From Candidatus Falkowbacteria bacterium HGW-Falkowbacteria-1 (lineage in GTDB: Bacteria > Patescibacteriota > Patescibacteriia > Patescibacteriales > UBA12465): a DNA stretch of 64,000 nucleotides. Each line of letters opens with the position of its first letter. Positions within the stretch are counted from its first letter, which is position 1. The notes below the pieces were generated by a model. It was not told the origin of the DNA. It made no database searches and saw only the letters and a list, made by a program, of their open reading frames with translations. The stretch lies in NCBI GenBank assembly GCA_002840305.1, contig PHAI01000003.1, forward strand, positions 134,908 through 198,907, written 5' to 3'. The translations under genes and the position numbers were made by a program. This document shows positions 28,264-37,934 of the stretch, piece after piece.

Positions 28264-29004
28264 ATGACAATAGATTTTATTATCCCAGCCTACAACGAAG
28301 AACAACTGTTAGAAAAGAACATAACAAAGCTTTTTGATTTTTTAAATTTGCAAAATTATAACTTTGACTGGAAAATAAATATAATTATTAATGGTTCAAA
28401 CGATAATTCAGAAAAAATAGCCAAAAAAATAACAAACAAAAATATAGGATATGAAGTAATAAAGGAAGCCGGAAAAGGAAATGCCATAATAACGACAATG
28501 GACAAAAGCAGCGCCGACTTTTTTGTTTATATGGACATAGATTTAGCGGTATCATTAGAAAATATAAACGACTTAGTGAAGGAGTTACTTTTAGAAAACG
28601 ACTTTGTTATCGGCTCTCGCCTGTTGGCGAAATCCGTAAGAAAAAGATCTCTAACCAAAGACATCATATCCAAAACCTATGTTTTGCTATCTAAAATAAT
28701 ATTAGGGCACAATTTCTCTGATTTACAATGCGGTTTTAAGGCCATAAAAAGAAGCGCCTTTATTAAAATACGCCCCTTCATTGAAGACAATAAATGGTTC
28801 TTCGATACTGAATTTATTATTTTTGCCAAACTTCTAGATTTAAAAATAAAGGAAATACCTGTCAATTGGTCTGAGAATCGCTATGAAAAGAGAAAAAGTA
28901 AGCTTAAATTATTAAGAAACTCTTTATTATTTACAAACAACCTCTTTAAACTAAAAAAAAGGCTAAATAAAATAGCTTCCGAAAAAAAACGCACAAAACG
29001 TTAG
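28264..29004 (+). CDS. GT2 family glycosyltransferase (polyprenyl-phosphate sugar synthase-like)
   Basis: 'IDFIIPAYNEE' start, 'YMDIDLA' DxD motif and 'QCGFKA'. The ATG at 28264 is preferred over the TTG at 28228. Confidence 0.8.
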   Translation: MTIDFIIPAYNEEQLLEKNITKLFDFLNLQNYNFDWKINIIINGSNDNSEKIAKKITNKNIGYEVIKEAGKGNAIITTMDKSSADFFVYMDIDLAVSLENINDLVKELLLENDFVIGSRLLAKSVRKRSLTKDIISKTYVLLSKIILGHNFSDLQCGFKAIKRSAFIKIRPFIEDNKWFFDTEFIIFAKLLDLKIKEIPVNWSENRYEKRKSKLKLLRNSLLFTNNLFKLKKRLNKIASEKKRTKR

Positions 29005-29375
29005 AATAAAATATTTTTATAATGCTTTATATCTACCATCTTTCTCTTCGTGTTAACCATAATCATCAAAAAATCCAAGCTAATCTTCTCCACATTTATT
29101 TTCTTATAATAACAGTAAAGGCCAATAGCTTTTTTCAAATTTTTAATTTGTTTTCTTTTTAAGTTTTCTTCGTCCAACTCTAAATATTTTGTACTTCTGG
29201 TTTTCACCTCAAAAAAAACAAGCCTCCCTTTAAAAGAAGCTATAATATCAATCTCTAAATGGCCAAAACGACAGTTGCATCCAACCATCTCATAACCAGC
29301 GCTTAATAAATACTTTTTAGCGACACCTTCTCCCAACTTCCCGAGGTCTATTTTATTTTTTGACTTATAATACAT
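29001..29375 (-). CDS. yraN: YraN family (UPF0102) endonuclease
   Basis: 'GEGVAKKYLLSAGYEMV...EIDIIA...LVFFEVKTR'. Confidence 0.8.
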   Translation of the reverse strand: MYYKSKNKIDLGKLGEGVAKKYLLSAGYEMVGCNCRFGHLEIDIIASFKGRLVFFEVKTRSTKYLELDEENLKRKQIKNLKKAIGLYCYYKKINVEKISLDFLMIMVNTKRKMVDIKHYKNILF

Positions 29376-29427
29376 TTTTTAATTGTAAAAAACGCATCAT
29401 AAAACTATAATAAAATATTTTTAAAGT

Positions 29428-29973
29428 CTATTTTTTCAAAAGAAGTCCATAATGATACTCTCCAGCGTCAAAGGCGTCAACCGTCTTTAAGCCTAAAAAA
29501 TTGACAATCTTTTGAATATCGTTTTTATCTATTTTTCGATCATTTGACAAGATAAAGGGCGAATCAATTTCGTTCCACTCCACTATTAAAACAAGAGCCC
29601 CGGGCTTTAGCATTCTAAAAGTTTCCTTCAGGATATCAATATATTTATTTGATTGGTGTAAAACATTCACAAGCAAAGCGGAATCCAAAGATTCGGACTC
29701 TATTTTTGTCCCATTTAGCACCTCCAGGTTACTCCAAATAGTTTCTACCTGAGTTAAGTTTTCTGTTCTGGCTCTTTTTTTTATAGATTCTAAATTATCT
29801 TTTATAATATCAACCGCATAAATTTTGCCACTTTTGCCAACAATTTTGGCCAATAAAAACGTAAAATAACCAAAAGCACCACAACCCAAATCAGCCACGA
29901 AAGACCCCTGCTTTAATTTAAGTCTTTTCACTAAAGACTCTATGTCTAATAAATTATTTTTAGTTAAAACCAT
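29428..29973 (-). CDS. Class I SAM-dependent methyltransferase
   Basis: SAM motif I 'VADLGCGAFGY' and post-I 'IYAVDI'. Confidence 0.7.
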   Translation of the reverse strand: MVLTKNNLLDIESLVKRLKLKQGSFVADLGCGAFGYFTFLLAKIVGKSGKIYAVDIIKDNLESIKKRARTENLTQVETIWSNLEVLNGTKIESESLDSALLVNVLHQSNKYIDILKETFRMLKPGALVLIVEWNEIDSPFILSNDRKIDKNDIQKIVNFLGLKTVDAFDAGEYHYGLLLKK

Positions 29974-29984
29974 ATAGATATAAT

Positions 29985-30656
29985 TTAATTCTCAACCAAT
30001 ATTTGTTTAATAATAATATTTTCTCGACTATACTTTTTTTTAGCTGAAACAGTTATAAAATTAATTCCGGACTTCAAATAAACCGTTTCTGAAAAGTGAC
30101 CGTTTTCATCTGTTAAAATTATTTGCCCATTAATCAAGACATCGCTTTCCGCCTCGGTCTCGCCCTCAATCAAAATGGATAAACTTTGAACGGTCTGCTT
30201 ATCTTGAATGTTAAATATTTCTAATGATGGCGGAGCAAAAATATTTTTTAAGTAAAAAAACAAATAGAACAAACAAACTAAAATAACAGCAAAAATTAAT
30301 AAATCCCTAAAAATTCTGGGCAAAGAAACAAAACTTTTCCAGCTTACGATTTTGTTAAAAAAAATGTTTTTTTCAAAATTTTGTCCTCGATTTTGTTCTT
30401 TTACAAAATCATTTACTATGTTTTTGTGTCTTATATCTAAAAAATCAATATATTTTCTAAAGAATATTTTAGCATAAACACCTTTTGGCAAATCTTTATA
30501 ATTACTTTCTTCAATCGCTCTCAAATATTTTATACTAATCCCAGTTTTCAAAGAAGCCTCTTCTATTTTTATATCCTTTTTCTCTCTTATTTTTTTAATA
30601 TAAATACCAACCGAGTCTTGGTCTAAAAATATATTCTTTTTAACAAAATCAGCCAT
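29985..30656 (-). CDS. RodZ-like HTH membrane protein
   Basis: N-terminal HTH 'IGIYIKKIREKKDIKIEEASLKTGISIKYLRAIEE', a central TM helix and a beta-rich C-terminal domain. Confidence 0.55.
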   Translation of the reverse strand: MADFVKKNIFLDQDSVGIYIKKIREKKDIKIEEASLKTGISIKYLRAIEESNYKDLPKGVYAKIFFRKYIDFLDIRHKNIVNDFVKEQNRGQNFEKNIFFNKIVSWKSFVSLPRIFRDLLIFAVILVCLFYLFFYLKNIFAPPSLEIFNIQDKQTVQSLSILIEGETEAESDVLINGQIILTDENGHFSETVYLKSGINFITVSAKKKYSRENIIIKQILVEN

Positions 30657-30672
30657 AACTCTTTCTGATTAT

Positions 30673-31125
30673 TTAGATCCTAAACCCCTTACTATCTTCA
30701 AACGTTGAGCTTATTAGCGAAGAACTGCCGTTCCAATTTACACCCAAGGCCTTCATGGCAAACTGTATAATTATATAGCTCATAAACACGATTATCAAAC
30801 CAATAGCCGCGTTTATAATTATTCCTTTTGCCTTCTGAACCTGTTCGCTGTTGCCAGCCGAAATTAAAAACATTACTCCCCCATAAACAAAAAATAGTAA
30901 AGCCAACGACCCGACCAGACCTAAAATAATTTTTGTAATTCTAATTCCAACCTCTAAAGCATCATTCAATTTATAATCCCCATACTTATACTGATCTTGA
31001 TCTGGTTGCGAACTCCCCGGGACTAATTGAGCCGAAGATTTTAAAGCCGGGAAAAAAAGAAAAAAAGAAACAAAAACCGTTAAAACTCCTAATAAAAATT
31101 TTCTTCTATTTAATGTTGTTTTCAT
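30673..31125 (-). CDS. VirB2/TrbC-like pilin paralogue 8 (dispersed copy)
   Basis: Signal peptide (...SSAQL), then 'GGVMFLISAGNSEQVQKAKGIIINAAIGLIIVFMSYI'. Confidence 0.65.
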   Translation of the reverse strand: MKTTLNRRKFLLGVLTVFVSFFLFFPALKSSAQLVPGSSQPDQDQYKYGDYKLNDALEVGIRITKIILGLVGSLALLFFVYGGVMFLISAGNSEQVQKAKGIIINAAIGLIIVFMSYIIIQFAMKALGVNWNGSSSLISSTFEDSKGFRI

Positions 31126-31136
31126 AAAAAAAATAA

Positions 31137-32504
31137 TTAATTAACTGTCTGTTGAATCCTGTTAGCGTAAAGGCTCATGATCTCAATGGTCTTATCTTCT
31201 ACGTCGCTTAAAACAGCCTCTATCATGTCCGCCACAAAGCTTTCGGCCAAAGCGGCATTTTTGCCCCTATACCAACTTTTAGATGTTAAAACCTGACTTG
31301 CAAAAACGCCGATGTCTAGATCGTCTTTTTGAGAATTTATCAAAGACCTTAGCGCTGTCGGTTTTTTTGTTTTACTCAAATAGCTGCCTGCGTTTTCGGC
31401 ACTTGTCATAAACTGAATAAAGTTCCAAGCTTCGTTCTTATATGGACTCTTCTTAGAAACAACTTCGAGCCAATAATTGGCCATATTTATAGGGACGGTC
31501 GCGCCTTCAATCTGTGGTAGAGGCTCAACCAAAAAATTTAACTTTGGAGCTCTAGATTTTATAATTGGTAATTGATAAGAATATCCCAACATAATAGCTA
31601 GTTTTCCGGACACAAACATATCTAAAGAGTTTTCAAGATCATTGTTCCAACAATAAACTTCCTTTATCGGATTGGCGAAATCGGTATAAAAACGAAGAGC
31701 CATTAACCCTGGATTGTATCCCTGTCCCTGGAAGATGGCCGGTATTGTTTGAAACAAAACTTGTCCAGCATCGCTCATCATGACTGCTCCGTTTTGCATC
31801 ATTAAAACCGACAGAATATCGCTATATCTGTCTATATTTTCACTGCCACCAAGGGCTATCCCTGATTGCAATATATTTCCTTTCAAATCTTGCTTGGTTA
31901 ATTTTTTAACTGCTTGCTGAAAGTCCCTATTCCAATATCTAGGCAAATCCGTTATGCCAGCCTGATCAAATAAATCTTGGTTATAATACATGGCCAAGGT
32001 ATCGACAGATAATGGCAGGCCATAAATTTGATTATTCACAACAGCGTCAGCATAAACAACGTCAGCAAAATTTTGCTTTAAATCTTTCAGTGTCAAACTG
32101 GCCATAACTCTTTTTTCTGGAACAACCTCTTTTTTGATTGTTCCTTGCAGAACCGGAAAAATCATAGTCGTTTGAGGGGGCATCGGTTCTAGTTTGCTTT
32201 CATATTTTCTAACCCAAGTGTTATGAATAGAAAAAATATCAGGACCTCGATCTTCAGCAAAGGCATTTAAAAGGGCCTCTTCATATTCATCCGACCTAAG
32301 CATCCTATAGTTTATTGTCACATAAGGATGTTGCTCATTATATTTACTTATAATTTCAGCAAAATTGTCTCTACCATCAAAAACTCTCCAATAATTTAAG
32401 GTTATTGGAGTTGCGGTCTCTTGCATTGAAGGCTGTTTACATCCAATGCCGGCTGTAAGCAAAAAAACAAAAACGAGTGACAATGCTATTATCTTTTTTT
32501 TCAT
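31137..32504 (-). CDS. ABC transporter extracellular solute-binding lipoprotein (family 1, sugar-type)
   Basis: Lipobox 'LLTAGIGC' and SBP_bac_1-like length and pattern. No permease or ATPase genes are adjacent. Confidence 0.55.
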   Translation of the reverse strand: MKKKIIALSLVFVFLLTAGIGCKQPSMQETATPITLNYWRVFDGRDNFAEIISKYNEQHPYVTINYRMLRSDEYEEALLNAFAEDRGPDIFSIHNTWVRKYESKLEPMPPQTTMIFPVLQGTIKKEVVPEKRVMASLTLKDLKQNFADVVYADAVVNNQIYGLPLSVDTLAMYYNQDLFDQAGITDLPRYWNRDFQQAVKKLTKQDLKGNILQSGIALGGSENIDRYSDILSVLMMQNGAVMMSDAGQVLFQTIPAIFQGQGYNPGLMALRFYTDFANPIKEVYCWNNDLENSLDMFVSGKLAIMLGYSYQLPIIKSRAPKLNFLVEPLPQIEGATVPINMANYWLEVVSKKSPYKNEAWNFIQFMTSAENAGSYLSKTKKPTALRSLINSQKDDLDIGVFASQVLTSKSWYRGKNAALAESFVADMIEAVLSDVEDKTIEIMSLYANRIQQTVN

Positions 32505-32581
32505 AAAAAAATGTTTACTTCTATTACTTACATTATAGCAAATTTTTAAAAAAATAAAAGAAACAAAAAAGGACGAAGAAG

Positions 32582-34090
32582 TTATACGCCCGAATGATAA
32601 AATAAGGCCTCGGCTATATCGTCTATACTGATCTTTTCATCTTGTCTTAAGTCAGCTATGGTTCTTGAAACTTTTAGAATCTTAAAATAAGCCCTTGCCG
32701 ATAAATCAAGTTTTTTAATGGCTTTTTTTAAAAAAGACAAACAATTCTTGTCTAGATAACAAAATTTTTTTACTAATTCAGAATTCATTTCGGAGTTATT
32801 AAAAATATTATAGGGCCTGAACCTCTCTAGTTGCAATTCTCTAGAAAGCAAGACTCTTCGACCAATCTCTTCCGAATTCTCTTCTTCTTTTTTGTTTATT
32901 AACTCTTCAAAATTTAGTCTTGGAACTTTAATATGAATATCTATCCTATCTTTTATTGGCCCCGAAATCTTTTTTCTATAATTGTTCAATTGCCCAGAGG
33001 AACAAATGCATTCTTTTTCTTTATCACCAAAATAACCACAGGGACAAGGGTTCATGGCGGCCAGTAACATGAACTTGGCAGGGAAAGAAATATTCCCCGC
33101 AGTTCTGCTAATATTTATAACACCGTCCTCAAGAGGCTGTCTCAAATTCTCTAATATTCCCCTAGAAAATTCTGGCAATTCATCTAAAAACAAAACACCC
33201 CTGTGAGCCAAAGAGATTTCTCCCGGACGAGGCCATGTGCCTCCACCTATAATAGCTGGCGCTGAAGCAGTATGGTGAGGGGCTCTAAATGGCCTAGAGC
33301 AAATAATACCATTTTTTTCTAGCTTGCCAGAAATACTATAAATCTTTGTTACCTCTAAAACCTCTTCCAGAACAAAATCTGGCATTATGGAGATAACCGA
33401 TTTGGCTAAAATCGTTTTTCCCGAACCAGGCGGCCCAAACATTAAAACGTTATGTGATCCAGAGACAGCTATCTCTAGCGCCCTTTTGGTTTGTGCCTGA
33501 CCTCTAATATGAGAAAAATCAAAAACATTGTTTTTCTCAACTAATATATTAATCGAACCCTGTTCTTGATTAATTTTTTTCTTACCTAACAAAAAATCAA
33601 TTAAACCTTTCAAGTTTTTAATAGGAAAAATATTTATACCATCAATTAACCTAGCCTCTAAAGAATTTTGAGATGGCAAAAAAACATTTTTAATTCCTAT
33701 GTTTTTAGCAAATGATACTATAGACAAAATTCCGTTAATCGCTCTAAGATCTCCATTTAAAGCTAGCTCTCCAACAAAAAGTGAGCTCTCAACTTCTTCT
33801 CTAAATTTATAAATATTGGACAATATACTTACAGCAACAGGCAGGTCATAAGCCGAACCATATTTTTTAAAATCAGCGGGGGCTAAATTTACAACAACTT
33901 TTCTCCTGGGAAATCTAAAGCCAATGCTATTTATAGCGCTTCTCACCCTCTCTCTGGCCTCCGAAACAGACTTGTCTGGCAGACCAACAATAGTAAAAAC
34001 GCCCATATCACCACCGCCGAAACAAGCCTCTACCTCTATTCTTTCTGCTTCAAGTCCCAATAAACCAGCTGACAAAATTTTTATGCCCAT
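32582..34090 (-). CDS. comM: YifB/ComM family Mg-chelatase-like AAA+ ATPase
   Basis: Lon-protease-like N-terminal domain, Walker A 'GPPGSGKT', 'LFLDELPEF' and the C-terminal Mg-chelatase ChlI-like domain. Confidence 0.9.
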   Translation of the reverse strand: MGIKILSAGLLGLEAERIEVEACFGGGDMGVFTIVGLPDKSVSEARERVRSAINSIGFRFPRRKVVVNLAPADFKKYGSAYDLPVAVSILSNIYKFREEVESSLFVGELALNGDLRAINGILSIVSFAKNIGIKNVFLPSQNSLEARLIDGINIFPIKNLKGLIDFLLGKKKINQEQGSINILVEKNNVFDFSHIRGQAQTKRALEIAVSGSHNVLMFGPPGSGKTILAKSVISIMPDFVLEEVLEVTKIYSISGKLEKNGIICSRPFRAPHHTASAPAIIGGGTWPRPGEISLAHRGVLFLDELPEFSRGILENLRQPLEDGVINISRTAGNISFPAKFMLLAAMNPCPCGYFGDKEKECICSSGQLNNYRKKISGPIKDRIDIHIKVPRLNFEELINKKEEENSEEIGRRVLLSRELQLERFRPYNIFNNSEMNSELVKKFCYLDKNCLSFLKKAIKKLDLSARAYFKILKVSRTIADLRQDEKISIDDIAEALFYHSGV

Positions 34091-34207
34091 ACATTTATAA
34101 TATATTTAAAAATAAAATATCATAAACATAATAAAAAAATAAGGATAAATCCTTATTAAATAAAACATAAAAACATATTCTATTAATCCCAGAACATAAA
34201 AAAAACT

Positions 34208-37200
34208 CTACTGAGAATATTCGTCAAGTTTTATGCTCAACAATTTACTAACTCCATCCGCGCCCATGGTTATTCCATACAAAATATTAGCCCTCTTCAT
34301 TGTTGCTCTATTGTGAGTAATGGCTATAAATTGAGTTTTATCTGACAAATCGTCTAAAATTTTCGCCAATCTTTCAGAATTTGCTTCATCTAAAGCAGCG
34401 TCAACCTCATCCAAAACCACAAATGGAGCAGGATTAGCACTTATAATAGCGCAGATCAAGGCAATGGCAGTTAAAGCTCTTTCTCCTCCGGACAACATAT
34501 TAACTGAAGCTATCTTTTTTCCAGGAGGAACAGCTAAAATATCAACACCAGACAAACCAACTGCATTATATTTTTTTAGATACTTTATCTTTTTGAGGTT
34601 TCTAAAAGATTGGGACTCTTCGTTTTTTGTAGACCCTTCGGAATTTTTACTATCAAGCTCATTGTCAATTTTATCCAAACCATTTTCGGTCATATCTTCT
34701 TTAATTGGAAATATTTTTGCCTGTCCACCATTGAATAAAATTTTAAAATATTCATTAAACTTTTCCGAAATAAGCTTAAATTCGGATTCAAAACGATCTT
34801 TAATTAAAAAATCAAGTTCAACTATAACTTTCTCAAGTGATTTAATTGTTTTGTTCAGATCGTCCGTTTGTTCGAAAAGAAAGTCATAACGTTTTTTTGT
34901 CTCCACATATTCTTTTTCAACCTCGGGGTCTATACCGCCAATAAGTTCGAGTTGATTTTTTATTCTATTGATTTCCGCCCTTAAAACATCAACATTAATA
35001 TCCTCTCCCGTCTCTTTATAGTTCTTTATTAAATTAATTTCAATTTTATCATTCAAAATATTATTTTCTAGATCCTCCATTCTCGTTTCCTCTCTCGCTA
35101 AATTAATCTGACTGCTATTTAGATCATTATATATAGAGTTGAGCGTTAACTCCAGTTCGTGAATTTCTTTTTGTAAATTTAACAAATATTCTCTCTTTTT
35201 TTCCTGTTCTTGATTAAAATTAGCTGACTCCAATTCCAAAGACTGCAAAAGGCTCTTTTGTTCATCTAAGGTTTTGTTTATAAACAGCTTTTCTTTATCT
35301 AGACTTTCAACAAATTTACTATCATCAAGTTCTCCAGACAAAAAATTATTTTTAATAGCATCTTCCAAATTCTCTAACTTTGCTTGATTTTTAGCATCAT
35401 TTGATTTTATAAAACTGATCCTAGAATCTATTTCATTTATTTTTTCTTTAACTTGTATTAAGCTTTTTTCTGTCTTTTCTTTATTTTGTCTTTGAGTTTC
35501 TTTTTCTATTTTTATCTTTTCTAACCGCAATTTAATATCTAAAATAGAGTTGCTCAATTCACCTAATTCTTTTTCGAGATTATTTTTTTTAGTTTCGACG
35601 TCAGAGAAATTCTCTTCCTTCTTATTAGAGCTTATTTTCTGTTCTATTTCTTGAAGATCTTTGCTCAATTTATTTATATGCAGTTCTAATTGAAACTTTT
35701 TATTTTTTTCAATATTAAAATTTAATCTAATTTCAGACAAGGCTTCACCAGCTTTTTCCCTCTCTTTCTTAAATTCAAAAATTTTAGAATTTATTTTTTC
35801 TATGGTATTGTCAAACTTCTGCCCAGAAACAAAGCCTATCAGATTACTAAGGCCATCTTTAATATCGGAGACTATTTTTTTGAAAAGATTAAGGTCAGAT
35901 GATTCATTTACATCTTTTATTTTACTCAAAAGACTCTCTAAATCTGAGTTTATTTTCTGAACATTAGAAGGATTATAGTCAATTCTGGCCCTTTTTAATT
36001 CCTCTTCTAGCTCTTCTATTTTTAAAATAATTTTTTTCTCTCCTTCAGCATCCTCGTTTAATCTACTTTCTTTATCTTTTAAATCTAGGTCCAAAATCTC
36101 AAGAGCCTCATTTGCTTTAAGCAAATCACCCTTAATTTCGCTTTGTTTTGAAAATAAAAAGGAAATATCAAAGTTGCCAGATTTTTCAAGCTTAAGCTCC
36201 AACAAGGCCTCAAGTTTCATTAACTCTTTTTGCTTTTCTTGTTTTTTATTCTCTAAATCCAACATTATTCTTTGTGTTTCTTCAAAATTCTCAGGCCCAT
36301 CTATCTTATTCACAAAAACAAGCAACTCCTTATTTAAGTTTTCTAACTCCAAAACGTGCTCATTTTTCTCTTTTATTAGAGACTCTATCTCGTCACTATT
36401 TTTATTTTCTAGTCTTATTTTTTCCCAGTTAAAAATGTTCTCCTTTTGATTTTCGTTTCTACTTATTATTTCTTTAACCTCAGAAAGCTTTGTTTGTAAT
36501 TGTAAAAAAACTTCATTAAGAGAAGACTCTGCATTTATAGCTTCGACTTTTTGCTTCTTTTTTTCTAAATCATCTTTTAATTCGTTTCGACTATTACTGT
36601 CGTCTGTTATTTTTTTATTAAAAGCCTGTAGTTTGGAATCTGCTTCTTTCCACAAAAAACTATAATATTTTAATTGATTTTCCTCCAATAAGCCTTCTAA
36701 GCTCTTTCTTTTTTTAAGTTTACCAACTTGGCGAGTAAGACTGTTCAAGCGAGGTTCTATTTCATTCAAAAGCATTTCTACTTGGCCCAAATTCTCCTGG
36801 CTAGTCTCTAGTTTATTTAAAGAAATATCCCTTTTAATTTGGTACTGTTTAACTCCAGTTGCCTCATCAAAAAAAGCCTTTCTTTCTGTCGGGCTGGTAT
36901 TTAAAAAATTTTCAACCATTCCTTGTCCAATAACACTATAGGTTTTTTGGCCAAAATTAGCCTTGGCCAAAAAGATTTGGACATCACTTAGACGAACCTT
37001 GCTATCGTTTATTAAATATTCGCTGTGGCCATCACGATAAACTCTTCTGGTGATTGTTATTTCTGAGAGCATCAAAAGCGCATCGATGTTATCAATTTCT
37101 CCTCTATCTTTGTTTTCTTCTTCTCCATTCTCCAAAAAATCTCCCTTAACACTCTCCATTTCTCTAAATTTAAAATTTGGATTTTGGTTATTTAAAAACA

Positions 37201-37465
37201 AAGAAACCTCAGCAAAATTAAGCCGACTCTTTTTATCAGAACCCATGAAAATGACATCATCACTCTTTTTACTACGAAGCATTTTAGAGCTCTGCTCTCC
37301 CAGAACCCATCTAATAGCATCGGCAATGTTTGACTTTCCAGAACCATTGGGGCCGACCACGGAAGTTATTCCTCTTTTTTTGTCGCTTAACATACCAGAA
37401 AACACCAACTTATTCTTATTGGCAAAAGATTTGAATCCTTGTATTTCCAGTTTTTCTAAATACAT
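34208..37465 (-). CDS. smc: Chromosome segregation protein SMC
   Basis: 1085 aa. 'GPNGSGKSNI' Walker A, long coiled coils, hinge, 'LSGGE' signature and 'FVVLDEVDAALD' Walker B. Confidence 0.95.
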   Translation of the reverse strand: MYLEKLEIQGFKSFANKNKLVFSGMLSDKKRGITSVVGPNGSGKSNIADAIRWVLGEQSSKMLRSKKSDDVIFMGSDKKSRLNFAEVSLFLNNQNPNFKFREMESVKGDFLENGEEENKDRGEIDNIDALLMLSEITITRRVYRDGHSEYLINDSKVRLSDVQIFLAKANFGQKTYSVIGQGMVENFLNTSPTERKAFFDEATGVKQYQIKRDISLNKLETSQENLGQVEMLLNEIEPRLNSLTRQVGKLKKRKSLEGLLEENQLKYYSFLWKEADSKLQAFNKKITDDSNSRNELKDDLEKKKQKVEAINAESSLNEVFLQLQTKLSEVKEIISRNENQKENIFNWEKIRLENKNSDEIESLIKEKNEHVLELENLNKELLVFVNKIDGPENFEETQRIMLDLENKKQEKQKELMKLEALLELKLEKSGNFDISFLFSKQSEIKGDLLKANEALEILDLDLKDKESRLNEDAEGEKKIILKIEELEEELKRARIDYNPSNVQKINSDLESLLSKIKDVNESSDLNLFKKIVSDIKDGLSNLIGFVSGQKFDNTIEKINSKIFEFKKEREKAGEALSEIRLNFNIEKNKKFQLELHINKLSKDLQEIEQKISSNKKEENFSDVETKKNNLEKELGELSNSILDIKLRLEKIKIEKETQRQNKEKTEKSLIQVKEKINEIDSRISFIKSNDAKNQAKLENLEDAIKNNFLSGELDDSKFVESLDKEKLFINKTLDEQKSLLQSLELESANFNQEQEKKREYLLNLQKEIHELELTLNSIYNDLNSSQINLAREETRMEDLENNILNDKIEINLIKNYKETGEDINVDVLRAEINRIKNQLELIGGIDPEVEKEYVETKKRYDFLFEQTDDLNKTIKSLEKVIVELDFLIKDRFESEFKLISEKFNEYFKILFNGGQAKIFPIKEDMTENGLDKIDNELDSKNSEGSTKNEESQSFRNLKKIKYLKKYNAVGLSGVDILAVPPGKKIASVNMLSGGERALTAIALICAIISANPAPFVVLDEVDAALDEANSERLAKILDDLSDKTQFIAITHNRATMKRANILYGITMGADGVSKLLSIKLDEYSQ

Positions 37466-37568
37466 AAGCTAAATAAATTTTTGAAAAATAAACACTAAAT
37501 ATAAAAATTGACACAAAACTACTATATTATAAACTTTTTATTTTACAAAATCAAATTTGAAACTCCAA

Positions 37569-37603
37569 CAAAAAACAAAAGCGCCTAATAATCGAGTAGC
37601 GCT
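37569..37603 (-). terminator. Weak rho-independent terminator after the Lys-rich gene
   Basis: On the minus strand, AGCGC-14 nt-GCGCT followed by TTTGTTTTTT. Confidence 0.4.
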
Positions 37604-37620
37604 TCTGTTTTTGGTTAAAA

Positions 37621-37797
37621 CTATTTCTTTTTTGCAACTTTCTTCTTTGCAACTTTTTTTACGGCTTTCTTCACAACCTTTTTTGCAACTTTCTTTTTAG
37701 CTACTGGTTTTTTTGCAACTTTCTTCACAACCTTTTTTACAACTTTCTTTTTAGCTACTGGTTTTTTTGCAACTTTCTTTTTAGCTACTTTTTTCAT
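37621..37797 (-). CDS. 58-aa Lys/Val/Ala-repeat basic protein (histone H1-like / nucleoid-associated candidate); absent from the ORF track
   Basis: Hand translation of the minus strand gives MKKVAKKKVAKKPVAKKKVVKKVVKKVAKKPVAKKKVAKKVVKKAVKKVAKKKVAKKK*. That is 59 codons from ATG to TAG. The DNA is an imperfect tandem repeat. Confidence 0.6.
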   Translation of the reverse strand: MKKVAKKKVAKKPVAKKKVVKKVVKKVAKKPVAKKKVAKKVVKKAVKKVAKKKVAKKK

Positions 37798-37934
37798 AAT
37801 TTTAAAAAATTATTTTATTCTTAGAATAGGAACCGACCAATCCCTATATAATTTGAATTAAATCTAAATTAATTATAACACAAAAAAAACAAAACAACAA
37901 TAAAAAACGAGTCAAAAAAATAAAAAAAATGTCA

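Noticed and set aside
34464-37472. Plus-strand ORFs inside smc (34464-34889, 36174-36449, 37050-37472)
   Set aside because: They are antisense to a well-supported 1085-aa SMC gene. Their Ser/Phe/Leu-rich low-complexity translations are typical of the reverse frame of Lys/Glu-rich coding DNA.
37624-37795. Tandem repeats (TTTGCAACTTTCTT... units), considered as a CRISPR-like or satellite array
   Set aside because: The units are contiguous with no spacers. They read as an uninterrupted 59-codon ORF on the minus strand, so this is a repetitive coding sequence (see the Lys-rich protein).
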